This document shows positions 18,977-30,942 of a DNA stretch of 64,000 bases, piece by piece. The position numbers were made by a program, and so were the translations under genes. Under the pieces are notes generated by a model. It did no database searches, was not told where the DNA came from, and worked only from the letters and a program-made list of their open reading frames with translations. The DNA comes from Tolypothrix carrinoi HA7290-LM1. Its GTDB lineage: Bacteria > Cyanobacteriota > Cyanobacteriia > Cyanobacteriales > Nostocaceae. The stretch is from NCBI GenBank assembly GCA_019358935.1, contig JAHHIK010000011.1, positions 40,469 to 104,468 of the forward strand, given 5' to 3'. Every line of letters begins with the position of its first letter. The stretch's first letter is position 1.

Positions 18977-20539
18977 ATGCTGAGAAAGGTGATTATTTGG
19001 GTCTTAGCCATGATGAAAGCAAAACATTGGCTTTCCGTATTAAGCTGTTCGGTGATGGTCTGTGCAGCTAGCATTACGGGGTATGCAACATCAGCCTACG
19101 GTCTTTCTCTGACCAATACTCTGACAATTCCTGGTGAAAGTACGGATTTATATTCTTCTCTTGGTAATGGTGCTAACGCCAACCGTTTGGGATTTTTCTC
19201 GGATCTCTACTACGATCGCTACCAGAACGTTTATTACGGTTTAAGCGATCGCGGTCCGGGTGGTGGTGTAATTGACTATAATCCGCGAGTAGAGAAATTT
19301 TCTTTGGATGTTGACTCAAAAACGGGGGCGATCGCTAACTTTAAACTATTAGACACTATTCTTTTCACTAAGGATGGTCAAAACTTCAACGGCTTGAAGC
19401 CTGATTTATTACCTAACGGCAATAAAGCATCTCTTGGTCTTAGCTTTGACTCTGAGGGGTTTGCTGTCGCTTCTAACGGCAACTTCTACGTCTCTGATGA
19501 ATATGGTCCGTCTGTTTACGAATTCAGTCCTACAGGCTCATTTATCCGGGCATTTGCAACTCCAGAAAATATAATTCCCAAACAAAGTGATGGGACAATT
19601 AACTATGTTGATGGTCGTCCAACCATTACCAGCGGTCGTCAAGATAACCGAGGATTTGAAGGATTGACTCTTAGCCCGGATGGTAGCAAACTATATACAT
19701 TGCTGCAAGACCCCTTGGTAAATGAAGGTTCGCCAGATGGTCGGCGCAGTCGCAATATAAGATTAGTAGAATTTGATACGAAAACAGGTAAAAGTACTGC
19801 TCAGTACATTTATCAATTAGAAAGTTTGGCAGATATTAACGATCGCATTCCCGGAACCAATGATGATTTTGGGGCAAATTCCCAAGGTCGCAATATTGGG
19901 ATCAGTGCAATTACAGCTTTGAATGACAAAGAATTTTTGGTGCTAGAACGAGATAATCGCGGGTTTGGGGTAGACGCGCTACTAGGTCTAACTGAAAACC
20001 CATCGACAACACCACAGCCTGTTGGTAGCAAGCGTGTATATAAGATTAACCTGACGGATGCAACCGATGTTAGCGGTATCAGTCTGGCAAATACTAATAC
20101 TTTGCTAGCGCAAATCAATCCCGTCAACAAATCGCTATTTTTGGATATTGCGAAAGCTTTGAGTCCAGATAATTCGGGAGATTGGACAAAGATAGCAGAA
20201 AAAATGGAAGGACTAGCGATCGGTCCACAACTTAAAGATGGTTCCTATACGCTGCTAATTGGTACTGATAATGATTACAGCGTGACGCAAATTGGCGATC
20301 AGTTAACACAGTTCGATATTTGCAGTAACAACAATGGTACTAGCGTTAGTCGCCTACCCATCGACAAAGGCTGTCCTACAGGTCAAAAGTTAGTCCCTGG
20401 CTACCTTTATTCATTTAAAGTGACTGCCGCTGAGTTAGGCAACTTTATTCCACCATCTAAGAAAGTACCAGAACCAACGGCAACTGTTGGGATAATGCTG
20501 CTAGGTTTAAGTGGCTTTTGGTTGAAACGGCGTTCTTAG
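18977..20539 (+). CDS. Esterase-like/phytase-like secreted protein with PEP-CTERM tail
   Basis: Signal peptide, LSDRGP, DSEG, SDEYGP, NRGFEG, EKMEG, TDNDY; VPEP + TM helix + KRR. Confidence 0.9.
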   Translation: MLRKVIIWVLAMMKAKHWLSVLSCSVMVCAASITGYATSAYGLSLTNTLTIPGESTDLYSSLGNGANANRLGFFSDLYYDRYQNVYYGLSDRGPGGGVIDYNPRVEKFSLDVDSKTGAIANFKLLDTILFTKDGQNFNGLKPDLLPNGNKASLGLSFDSEGFAVASNGNFYVSDEYGPSVYEFSPTGSFIRAFATPENIIPKQSDGTINYVDGRPTITSGRQDNRGFEGLTLSPDGSKLYTLLQDPLVNEGSPDGRRSRNIRLVEFDTKTGKSTAQYIYQLESLADINDRIPGTNDDFGANSQGRNIGISAITALNDKEFLVLERDNRGFGVDALLGLTENPSTTPQPVGSKRVYKINLTDATDVSGISLANTNTLLAQINPVNKSLFLDIAKALSPDNSGDWTKIAEKMEGLAIGPQLKDGSYTLLIGTDNDYSVTQIGDQLTQFDICSNNNGTSVSRLPIDKGCPTGQKLVPGYLYSFKVTAAELGNFIPPSKKVPEPTATVGIMLLGLSGFWLKRRS

Positions 20540-20545
20540 GTAAGA

Positions 20546-20728
20546 GGGAATGGGGAATGGGGAATGGGGAATGGGGAATGGGGAATGGGGAATGGGGAAT
20601 GGGTAATCGGGCAAGAGAGGGAAAATTCCTCCTTGTCCTCCTTGTCCCCCTTGTCCCCCTGTCCCCTTGTCCCCTTGTCCCCCTTGTCCCCCTTGTCCCC
20701 CTTGTCCCCCTTGTCCCCCTTGTCCCCC
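20546..20728. repeat. STRR cluster (GGGAATG)n + (CCCCTTGTC)n between convergent genes
   Basis: Direct reading of tandem units. Confidence 0.95.
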
Positions 20729-20735
20729 TATCTCC

Positions 20736-21380
20736 CTACATTCCCCCATCATCAATAGTCTTAGATTTAGCTTTTGCCTTATTAGCGCTGCGTTTGAGTG
20801 CAGAAAGGCGTCCTTCGTATTTAGAACGTTCGCGCTTGCTGGCAGTGTTGTCAATTAGGGTTTTTAAAGCGCTGCCGAGACTTTTGTAAGCGTTGGGGAG
20901 ACTATAACCAAAGCGAGTTGCGAGTGCGATCGCTTTTTCATCTGCGTCGATCAGTTCTCTTATTTGCTTTTCGCCATTATTCTTTTGATATAATCGCCAG
21001 CCAGAAACGCCACACAAAGCCAAGGCTAACACCAGCAGCAATCCATCCTGCACCCACAATTCACCGACAGCACCTCCTAAACCAATCGCTAGAGCCGCCA
21101 TTTCCCATCCATCTTTGGGGATGGTATCATTTTGCACGCGGGCGACTTCGTGCCAAAAAAGTAGGTTACGCTGATCCATTGCGAGCGCATCCCATTTCAC
21201 CAGGTCAATTTGGATTTCTACCTGGTCTTTGCCAATTTCTTCGCAGCGGACCAGGGGTGGATTAACCTCAGTTGTGCCTTCAACCGTTACCCAGCTCTGC
21301 AATTCTGGCGGTAGTAAGTTTTTCAACCGCCGAAGTTCACTCATTTCCGCTTTGGCAGAGGAGGTTGCATAGGATGTCAT
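20736..21380 (-). CDS. DUF3318 family protein
   Basis: QRNLLFWHEVAR, GWEMAALAIGLGG, ADEKAI; conserved cyanobacterial protein. Confidence 0.75.
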   Translation of the reverse strand: MTSYATSSAKAEMSELRRLKNLLPPELQSWVTVEGTTEVNPPLVRCEEIGKDQVEIQIDLVKWDALAMDQRNLLFWHEVARVQNDTIPKDGWEMAALAIGLGGAVGELWVQDGLLLVLALALCGVSGWRLYQKNNGEKQIRELIDADEKAIALATRFGYSLPNAYKSLGSALKTLIDNTASKRERSKYEGRLSALKRSANKAKAKSKTIDDGGM

Positions 21381-21458
21381 AAAATCCAGCCCTAGAAAAA
21401 TTCAGTATATAGTGAGGGTATCACTTTGGAGTATAGCTATAAAGAGTGATAATTTGCC

Positions 21459-22016
21459 TCACTCGTTAGGAAAACTTCCGCGTTTTTTCCGTGCTTCCAT
21501 TGCCTTCTCCAGAAGTTCTAGTAATCCTGGAGCTTCTTCTTGAATACTCAGCAATAGTCTTTCGCCAAGTTCGACATTTCCAGGATCTTGTCCTGTTACC
21601 ATCACCTCTAAGAGACGCGGGATGGCAACGCTATCCACAATTTGAATTAAACCCGAAAGACAACGGTTAAATTGTTTTTCGGTAAGAATCGAGTCTTCTA
21701 AAGGAAACTCAATAATCGCCCGGATTTCGCCATCAGATGGGTCATACTCCCATTGAAGCATTTTCGTTTCCCAGGAAATAGCAAGCATCGTCTGGAGGAT
21801 AGCTCCTTTATAAGGATGGTCTTTCACTCCCTGAAGAACTTGAGGGGCAAATACCCGGAAAAATTTTCCCTCTTCATCCAACTGGACAACAATCAGAAAA
21901 TCCTCTAAATTTTCTGCTTCCACACCTGTGATAATACGGTCTTCTTCGTCATCAAGACGGTAGTCCCAACCAAGTTTGTCTAGGTATTTGGCAATCTGTT
22001 GCAGATTAGCTCCCAT
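21459..22016 (-). CDS. YbjN-like / conserved cyanobacterial hypothetical protein
   Basis: WETKMLQWEYDPSDGEIRAIIEFPLED. Confidence 0.65.
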   Translation of the reverse strand: MGANLQQIAKYLDKLGWDYRLDDEEDRIITGVEAENLEDFLIVVQLDEEGKFFRVFAPQVLQGVKDHPYKGAILQTMLAISWETKMLQWEYDPSDGEIRAIIEFPLEDSILTEKQFNRCLSGLIQIVDSVAIPRLLEVMVTGQDPGNVELGERLLLSIQEEAPGLLELLEKAMEARKKRGSFPNE

Positions 22017-22240
22017 AAAAGCCTCACAACGAACGGTGGAGCGGCTGTCACCAGACCTAGTTTAACTTGGCTTTGGTAACGCCATAACATCATAAGGGGA
22101 AGGGGGAAAGGGGGAAAGGGGGAAACGCTGCCTTCTGGGGTTGCTAGGGGCGTTTGGAATCATGCGATCGCCATTATCCGTCCAATAACAGATTTAAGTA
22201 AGTTGTGGTTGTTACTTAAAATAGAACGAATTCTGTATAA

Positions 22241-23248
22241 ATGAATATGTCAGACTATTCGAGCATAACAGCAGCCATCATCCAGCAAGCTAAAAAGCTT
22301 GAGAATACTTTACCAATAAAAAACGAAGCTTGCCGTCCCAAATTCTTTTTTCACCCCGAACCTACTGCAAAAGTTTTTATTTTCTTCCACGGATTTACAG
22401 CGGGTCCTTATCAATTTGAACCGTTAGGAAAAGCATTATTTGAAGCAGGTTATAATGTTTTAGTTCCATTGCAGCCCGGTCATGGAGTCGCAGGAAAATG
22501 GGACAAGGATAATCCACCTCCTTTGCCAAGTGAAATCGAAATTTATCAAAATTTTGCTTTTTCTTGGTTGGAAGTTGCTCAAAAGTTAGGAGATAAAGTA
22601 ATAGTTGGCGGATTATCTACTGGGGCAAATTTAGCAGCTTGGTTAGCATTAGAACGTCCTCAAGAAATTGAGCGAAATTTATTATTTGCGCCATCGCTTG
22701 GTAGTAATAATGCAGTGGTAGATTTTTTAGTAGAAGTGTTGCCTATTTATTACGAATGGTTAAACAAAGATAATTCCGGTAACTTTGGTTATGATGGCTT
22801 TTTGATTCCAGCATTTAGGATATTTTTAGATATGGGTAAAGAGATTTTGTCGCGCGTGGAAAAAGAGCCAACAGTGCCGATGTTTGTGATTTATAGTGAA
22901 AGCGATCGCGCTATCAACCACCATGAAATAAAGATTTTATTTGAATCTGTATTAAAACAGCAGCCATCATGGTATCACCGCTTTGATAAAACTCTAGAAA
23001 TTCCCCACACGATGATGACTAAAGCTGAGGGAAATAAATATCAAGACTTGCTGATTACTTTAGTTAAAGCTTATGTGGAAAGCGATATAACTTGGGATGA
23101 ATTGATAAAAGTGGGTTATTTGATACTTCAAGGTAAAACTTTTGAGGCTGCTGTGAGTGAATTAGATTTAGGTGAAAGAGTTACTCCAGATTTGTCAGTT
23201 TTGGTGGCGGTGATGGATGATAAAATGATTATTGATGGTTATAATTGA
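22241..23248 (+). CDS. Alpha/beta hydrolase (carboxylesterase-like)
   Basis: HGFT oxyanion motif, GLSTG nucleophile elbow, PGHG. Confidence 0.85.
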   Translation: MNMSDYSSITAAIIQQAKKLENTLPIKNEACRPKFFFHPEPTAKVFIFFHGFTAGPYQFEPLGKALFEAGYNVLVPLQPGHGVAGKWDKDNPPPLPSEIEIYQNFAFSWLEVAQKLGDKVIVGGLSTGANLAAWLALERPQEIERNLLFAPSLGSNNAVVDFLVEVLPIYYEWLNKDNSGNFGYDGFLIPAFRIFLDMGKEILSRVEKEPTVPMFVIYSESDRAINHHEIKILFESVLKQQPSWYHRFDKTLEIPHTMMTKAEGNKYQDLLITLVKAYVESDITWDELIKVGYLILQGKTFEAAVSELDLGERVTPDLSVLVAVMDDKMIIDGYN

Positions 23249-23279
23249 AGTCAAGATATAAGTTTTTCAACGCAAAGGG

Positions 23280-23414
23280 GAGGCAGCGCGTTGCGGAGCC
23301 AGCGCTGTGCGGAGGTCACGAGCGTTGAGGAGCCAGTGCGTTGCGGAGGTCACGAGCGTTGTAGCACCTGGCGTGCGACTGGCGTGGGGTTCCCCCCGTT
23401 GTAGCGACTGCCGT
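23280..23414 (+). repeat. Three 45-nt elements nested inside each other
   Basis: Outer 23280-23295+23386-23414, middle 23296-23329+23375-23385, inner 23330-23374. Confidence 0.8.
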
Positions 23415-23524
23415 CGCGCAGAGGTAAACGCAGAGGAGCGCAGAGTTATAGTTTATTATCTTATTGTGTTCCTACTCTGTGTTCTCTGTGCCTAGTAAGG
23501 TTCGTAAAAGATACGAAAGCGAGT

Positions 23525-23761
23525 TTATAAAATTTGGATAGAAGCGGTGCGTCGCTTAACTAAGTAAATGGCAAATAGCTGCTCTGAAGCCTCTGCTAAC
23601 TGTAAAAGTTCACGCAAGTTTTCACTATGAGCTATTAAGCCATTTGCATTGTAAGCAACATATTGATTTTTATATAAATCTAATAACATTTGGCGGTTTT
23701 GGTTCAGCCACTTCAGCATCTCGCGGCTTTCATTTTGGTCAGGTGTTTTACTCATACTCAT
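23525..23761 (-). CDS. DUF5678-like small protein
   Basis: WL..N...L...YKNQYVAY...GLIAHS..L pattern. Confidence 0.55.
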   Translation of the reverse strand: MSMSKTPDQNESREMLKWLNQNRQMLLDLYKNQYVAYNANGLIAHSENLRELLQLAEASEQLFAIYLVKRRTASIQIL

Positions 23762-23854
23762 CTAAATAAACATAAATTAGATTTACTTTGTCTACATTTT
23801 CCATAGCTTTAAGCAGATGTTTTTTGTTAGCTAAAGCAAATTCATAAAATATCA

Positions 23855-24286
23855 TTAATCCTCTGGAGGATGCCAACCAGCAAGCACCCAATAACTGCGA
23901 ACTTCTAAGGCATCCGGATCATCACTTAAATGTAAAACTGCAACAGAAGCGCGACCAGTTGGTGTTTTGCCAACAATACGCAAACCATCTTCAGTCCAGC
24001 AAAAATGTTCAGACCAAACTTGGTTGCGCGGGTTAAAAAGTTTTACCGTTTCCCTCGTCTCCAGGTCAATTCCTGTCGTTTTATCGCTTTTGTAGCCATT
24101 ACAAAGTGGGCAGGCTAACCACAAGTTCGATTCATCATTGCTGCCACCTTTAGAAATCGGGATAATGTGTTCAATCTCCAAACGTGCCATCACTAAACGT
24201 TGAGGACTTAAGCAATAACCACAACGGTTTCTAGCAGCAGTGCGGACACGACGCTCTATCTCTACAGGGATGTAACTTCGAGCCAT
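23855..24286 (-). CDS. HNH endonuclease
   Basis: RCGYC, EIEHIIP.SKGG....NL.LAC..CN, LFNPR.Q.W.EHF.W. Confidence 0.92.
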   Translation of the reverse strand: MARSYIPVEIERRVRTAARNRCGYCLSPQRLVMARLEIEHIIPISKGGSNDESNLWLACPLCNGYKSDKTTGIDLETRETVKLFNPRNQVWSEHFCWTEDGLRIVGKTPTGRASVAVLHLSDDPDALEVRSYWVLAGWHPPED

Positions 24287-24291
24287 TGCTG

Positions 24292-24654
24292 TTAAGTAAG
24301 AGCCGATTTCAAGCCACGTTCAACAGCTACTTTTAAGGCTCTCGCTTTACGTACCAAACCCTTTCGGTAGACTTGCATCAGTTCATCTAATTGTCTAACT
24401 TCTGCTTCATTAAGCTGTCCCTCTTGGTTACGCGCTAAGAGATCGCTAAAAACCTCTTGCTGCTCAGTTTCCATCTGCATATCGCACAGAGCCAAAACCT
24501 GCTCATTAGGTAATGACTCTATAGGTAATTCGGTAATCGCACGGTCAATAAATTCTAGTAATACATCTTCAAGTCGCTGATGTGTGAAAGCAGCGATTTC
24601 CTTAGCTCTTTGTGCCAGCGTCTCAGGAAGTTGAAGGGTGACAATTTCAGCCAT
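24292..24654 (-). CDS. Hypothetical protein upstream of HNH (RHH-like N-terminus, putative antitoxin)
   Basis: VTLQLPE.L..RAK; C-terminal RKARAL..AVERG; 5-nt gap to the HNH gene. Confidence 0.6.
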   Translation of the reverse strand: MAEIVTLQLPETLAQRAKEIAAFTHQRLEDVLLEFIDRAITELPIESLPNEQVLALCDMQMETEQQEVFSDLLARNQEGQLNEAEVRQLDELMQVYRKGLVRKARALKVAVERGLKSALT

Positions 24655-24850
24655 TTGCTACCAGATAAGCCTTTTACTTTCGATTGTATCCATATTTGGA
24701 TGTAGTCGGTCGTAGTAGTATGCGGCTCCTTACATAACCCAAACCGAGAATAACTGAATTGTTAGATACTGGCAGCACTGCGGGAATACTGAGTAAAGCG
24801 CAGATAGTTGGTGAGTGCGCTGCTGACAATTTAGCAATTTGGAGAAGATT

Positions 24851-25915
24851 ATGGACACAGTTACAGCAACATTTTCAATTCCTGAGTGGATTGAACAGAA
24901 GTTGAAAACTAAAGCCTACGAACGTGTTGGAGGTGTTATTCGTGATTCACAAACAAAGCACATAGTTGCTATGTTACGTGAAGCAGCACCTAATCTGACT
25001 CAAGCCTCAACAATACTTTCTCAATTTGGTTCAGCTGCAAGTATTCTCAATCTTGGTGTCTCCGTAATAGGATTTGCCTTGGTAATCAATCGCTTAGAGG
25101 AAATTGAACAGCGTCTCAAACTTGTAGAAAAAGACCATTAGCAGCTTAATCGTAAATTTGACATTTCTGTATACGCTAATTTTCGTGCTGCTCTTGATTT
25201 AGCGCGTGATGCTTTTACAATGACTAAACCTGAAAATCGCGTCAACATGGCAAATTTAGCTATTAACAGATTTTTGGAAGCTCAACATACTTATGTTGGT
25301 TATCTTGAAACAGCATTGGAAGAAGATATTCAAGTTGCTGATGAGGATATTTCATCCGTGTTAACGTCTGTAATTAGACCGCGTTGGTATGTTGCGGAGG
25401 AATATCTTTTGTCATTATTTTTAACGTATGTAGTTAGAGCGCGTTGCTATTTAGAACTAGAAGAAATTGAAACTGCACGTCGTTGTCTACAAGAAGGTGC
25501 AGAAGTTCTTCGTCCTTATATTGGACAGTTTAGCGGACATGTAATGGTATCCAATCAAAAATCTGATGAAAAAGCTCAACATAAAATGATGGGAGCGATG
25601 TTTCAAGAAGGCTTCCGACAGACATATTTGCCCTTTTTGCCACCCTCCAATGATACCTTAGAATGCCATGCTGAGGGCGTTATAGCAATTATTCAACAAC
25701 CTGAACTAAAACGTGCAGCAAAGAAAAAAGCTATGTCCATGTGGGAAAACTATCGCCGTTTTGAAGCATATCAAGCCGAAATTCAAGCGATCGCCCAACT
25801 AAAAATCAGCTTTCACGAATGGCTTAAACTAACTCCATCTGACGCAAAACCCGACAGCGCCGAATTGATGTATATCATCCCATCCAAACCTCTAGAACTA
25901 CAGCCATCTTGTTGA
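24851..25915 (+). pseudogene. Hypothetical protein interrupted by one in-frame TAG (25139-25141)
   Basis: ORFs 24839-25141 and 25220-25915 share a frame and the 26 codons between them are open. Confidence 0.7.
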
Positions 25916-25963
25916 AACTTAGCTCTCTTCTCTCTGCGTTCTCTGCGCCTCTGCGGTTCGTAT

Positions 25964-25990
25964 AAAAAAAGGCGAACAAAAGTTCGCCTA
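25964..25990 (-). terminator. Intrinsic terminator after chlN
   Basis: Minus strand AGGCGAAC-TTTT-GTTCGCCT followed by a T run. Confidence 0.65.
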
Positions 25991-26018
25991 ACTTCACATA
26001 ATTTCGCTAATAAAAACC

Positions 26019-27446
<1,428 letters not shown>

Positions 27447-27599
27447 TTAAAGTTAGGAGAACGGAGTTATGAGTTAGGAGAACGGAGTATGAGTTATGAG
27501 TTATGAGTTGAAGAATTTTTAACTTTTCACTTGAAACTCCTAACTCCTCACTCCTCACTTTTAACTCCTCACTTTTACTTTCTTCTCCTAACTTTGTAA

Positions 27600-28424
27600 T
27601 TACGCGTTGGGGAAAAGGCGGGCAATTTCCGAGTCGTCAAAAACGCCAGATGGCAAATCTTCCCCTGATGCCGATCTCTCTTCACCCCAGACATCAGACA
27701 ACACGTCGCTAAATGCATTTTCGTCTGGTGTATCCAAATCATCCAGCATGTTTTGCGCCAAGTTAGCTGATGGTGTTGCTGCGGAGATTTTGCTGTCGCT
27801 ATCCTTCAAGTCATCAAAGGAAATATCGCCAAAATCATCTACAGATTCGTTGCTGGGTGTTTGGTTTGAGTTTTGCCCATTCGTGAAGGAAATATCGCCA
27901 AATCCATTTGCAGTTTGATTCGACACTGGTACTTCAGCAATTTCCCCTAGGGACATTTGGCTAAACTCATCTGGTATTAGCATTTCTTGATGAGAATCTA
28001 CCATCACGAACTCGTGAATAATCGCCTCTTCCCCAAAGCCATTTTCATTCGGAATCGTCAAGGTTTCATCATGAGGCTTTCCCTGCATGATTCCTTCTGA
28101 TTCCATATCTTCTTCTGCTTTGGGCATGACGCGGTTGCCCAAAGCCATGTCAGGATCGAAATGCAAATCCAGCACTTCTATCAAAGTATCTGCGTCTGGA
28201 TTCAATTTCGCAAAGGGCAGCATTAACTGCGCTAGTTTCGGTTCCAGCGCGTTAACGACTCCCAGGATGAGGTAAGACGGTGGTCGCTTTCCACCATCGG
28301 GGGTGTAAACCGATTCCACCTCCATGTGGAGAGTAATCCAGTCACGATTCACCTGAAAAAATTGCAACCACTTTTGTCTTAAAGAATCTGTAAAGCTGTA
28401 AAAGAAAGCCATATTGTCCCTCAT
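27600..28424 (-). CDS. DUF5331-domain protein between chlL and chlN
   Basis: KWLQFFQVNRDWI, RPPSYLILGVVNALEP, LHFDPD; acidic tail. Confidence 0.7.
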   Translation of the reverse strand: MRDNMAFFYSFTDSLRQKWLQFFQVNRDWITLHMEVESVYTPDGGKRPPSYLILGVVNALEPKLAQLMLPFAKLNPDADTLIEVLDLHFDPDMALGNRVMPKAEEDMESEGIMQGKPHDETLTIPNENGFGEEAIIHEFVMVDSHQEMLIPDEFSQMSLGEIAEVPVSNQTANGFGDISFTNGQNSNQTPSNESVDDFGDISFDDLKDSDSKISAATPSANLAQNMLDDLDTPDENAFSDVLSDVWGEERSASGEDLPSGVFDDSEIARLFPNA

Positions 28425-28442
28425 CCTGAGAAAATAGATGAT

Positions 28443-29309
28443 TTATACAATCATCAAGTCTAATTCCTCTTCCGGATTAGTAACCTGGGGTTTACTCGGA
28501 TTTAAGTAAAAATCAGACAACAAAGAGAACAATTCCCGGTCTGGGCTGTCGTTAGGTACAACACCTTCTGGACGCGCTAAAATTTGGTCGGCGATGTTGA
28601 GGTAGTAATCGCAAACGTAGTTCAGAGAAGGATCGTTTTCTGCCATTTCAAACAAAGTCTTGCCTTTGACGCGAGAAACACGGATGTCTTCTATCAAAGG
28701 TAATACTTCCAGTACTGGCATGGGTACTGCTTCTATGTATTTCTCGATCAAGTCGCGCTTGGAAGTGCGATTACCAATTAATCCAGCTAAACGCAATGGG
28801 TGAGTGCGTGCTTTTTCGCGTACTGAAGCTGCAATGCGATTTGCTGCAAATAAAGCATCAAAGCCGTTGTCGGTAACAATCAAGCAGTAATCAGCATAGT
28901 TGAGAGGTGCTGCAAAACCACCACATACAACGTCACCGAGAACGTCAAATAATATCACATCGTACTCATCAAAGGCGTTGAGTTCTTTGAGTAATTTCAC
29001 GGTTTCGCCGACTACGTATCCGCCACATCCGGCACCAGCAGGCGGTCCACCGGCTTCAACACAATCGACACCACCGTAGCCTTTGTAGATTACATCTTCG
29101 GGCCAGACATCTTCGTAGTGATAGTCTTTTTCTTGCAGGGTGTCGATAATTGTCGGAATCAAAAACCCTGTCAAGGTAAAAGTACTGTCGTGTTTCGGGT
29201 CGCACCCAATTTGGAGAACTTTCTTCCCGCGTCTGGCTAGGGCGACGGAGATGTTACAGCTGGTTGTGGATTTACCGATACCACCTTTTCCGTAAACTGC
29301 TAATTTCAC
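28443..29309 (-). CDS. chlL: Dark-operative protochlorophyllide reductase Fe protein
   Basis: [44 protein letters not shown] start. Confidence 0.98.
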   Translation of the reverse strand: MKLAVYGKGGIGKSTTSCNISVALARRGKKVLQIGCDPKHDSTFTLTGFLIPTIIDTLQEKDYHYEDVWPEDVIYKGYGGVDCVEAGGPPAGAGCGGYVVGETVKLLKELNAFDEYDVILFDVLGDVVCGGFAAPLNYADYCLIVTDNGFDALFAANRIAASVREKARTHPLRLAGLIGNRTSKRDLIEKYIEAVPMPVLEVLPLIEDIRVSRVKGKTLFEMAENDPSLNYVCDYYLNIADQILARPEGVVPNDSPDRELFSLLSDFYLNPSKPQVTNPEEELDLMIV

Positions 29310-29949
29310 TTTTGTTTGCCTCTTATAGTTTCTTTTCAAACTTCTTGGCTAAAACATTTGCCTTCACCTAGCCGCACAAGGCGCGATGTGTGAGGTCTTC
29401 GTCATTATTGTCTAAATTCAATGTAAAAGAAAGTGGCGGTGAATCTGTCATAGGGTTATATTAGACAGATTTTGTCTCAATCAATCATATTTGGGTTTTA
29501 ATTCGCTATAAAACTATACAAAGCCTCAAAAAAGTCAAAATTAATATTTTTAGTAACTTAATAAATAAAATTAGTTACAAAACACAAAAAGCTTAATTGC
29601 CTTTTTCAATGGACTTTATAGAAGTAACTTATGGTCAAATTAGTTTATTTTGGGAAATGGCAATTTAGTTATGAGTGCTTGCGGCTATCTGATGAAGCAC
29701 TGACAGCAAAAGCTGTGTAGGCTAAGTTGGTTTCTATAAACTCAGTTTTTCGGCTTGGAAATCAAGGTTTTTTTGGCGAATATGCAGATAAAGTTGCTTT
29801 TGTCAATCACAATAAATGGGTAATTGACTGGGAAAGCAAGATTGGGCGATCGCTCATTTCGACTAATTTCTAGTTATTTGTAAAAAATTATTAATTTCCA
29901 GAATATTGATTAAATTTCTTTAAGAAGAGGCATTTTCTTATCTTCTGAG

Positions 29950-30204
29950 TTAAGATACATCCTCGGATACTGCCCTTATTTCTTCTAATGTTTGCCAGCC
30001 GGCTTGCCACTGAGAATTATCTTGTAATAATTTGGCATTGAGCCAAAAACGAACATTGGGATCGCAAGCAGCAACCATCTCAGCATAAACCCACTTAGCC
30101 TGATTTTTGCGATTGACGACTTGGAAATGTCGCCAACCATCTACTTTTTGCTGCGCTGTCCATTTAGAACCGACTAAATAAGGAAATTTTTGTTTTTTAG
30201 GCAT
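29950..30204 (-). CDS. TIGR02450-family Trp-rich protein
   Basis: GSKWTA....GWRHFQV...W..GW; real start at ATG 30204, upstream ORF extension is repeat DNA. Confidence 0.8.
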   Translation of the reverse strand: MPKKQKFPYLVGSKWTAQQKVDGWRHFQVVNRKNQAKWVYAEMVAACDPNVRFWLNAKLLQDNSQWQAGWQTLEEIRAVSEDVS

Positions 30205-30395
30205 TGGTAATTGGTAATTGGTAATTGGTAATTGGTAATTGGTAATTGGTAATTGGGCATTGGTCATTGGGCAATGGGCATGGGGCATTGGTAATTTTAA
30301 CTCCTCCTGCTCCCCCTGCTCCCCCTGCTCCCCCTGCTCCCCCTGCTCCCCTTGTCCCCCTTGTCCCCCTTGTCCCCCTTGTCCCCCCTGTCCCC
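30205..30395. repeat. STRR cluster (TGGTAAT)n, (CCCCTGCTC)n, (CCCCTTGTC)n
   Basis: Direct reading of tandem units. Confidence 0.95.
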
Positions 30396-30755
30396 TCATC
30401 CCCCACGGACAAAGGTGTGACAAACCAACTCACCATTTTCTTCAACGCAGAGGGAAAACGATTTAATATGAAGCCAACAACTGCTGATCTGATTGTTAAT
30501 TTTGCGGGTTTTTTTAGATAAGCGTTGCCGGACGACTTCGTTTGGACAGAGAATTTCTAAAGTACCCTTGCCATCTTCGTGGTATTCAATGCGAAATCGG
30601 CAGTCTTGCAACATTGCGCGGCTGCTACTGTCGAAAAACCGCTTAAAGCGCTGTAGCAATTCGCCTTCGTTCATTTCGCTGACGCGCTTCCGGAGAATGA
30701 AATCTTCTTCTTCAAATTCAAAGTCATCATCCTCGAAGTCGTGGGTGTCAATCAT
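30396..30755 (-). CDS. Hypothetical protein
   Basis: 119-aa ORF with ATG and acidic N-terminus. Confidence 0.6.
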   Translation of the reverse strand: MIDTHDFEDDDFEFEEEDFILRKRVSEMNEGELLQRFKRFFDSSSRAMLQDCRFRIEYHEDGKGTLEILCPNEVVRQRLSKKTRKINNQISSCWLHIKSFSLCVEENGELVCHTFVRGG

Positions 30756-30942
30756 AAGATTGTATTAACTATTCGACTTAAGATTATGGTAACTTTTTGT
30801 GTGCCGGGGGGGATGGGGAGAGGGGGAGAGGGGGGGATGGGGGGATGAGGGGGAAAAGAAAGAATTCAGCAAGATTCCTCATAAATTGGGGAATTGTGTG
30901 ATTACACTGTGAAGGTGATTGTTGAATCTACTGGTTTAAATT

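Noticed and set aside
28443..29309. NifH-like ATPase as a nitrogenase gene
   Set aside because: Sequence motifs and linkage to chlN identify it as ChlL.
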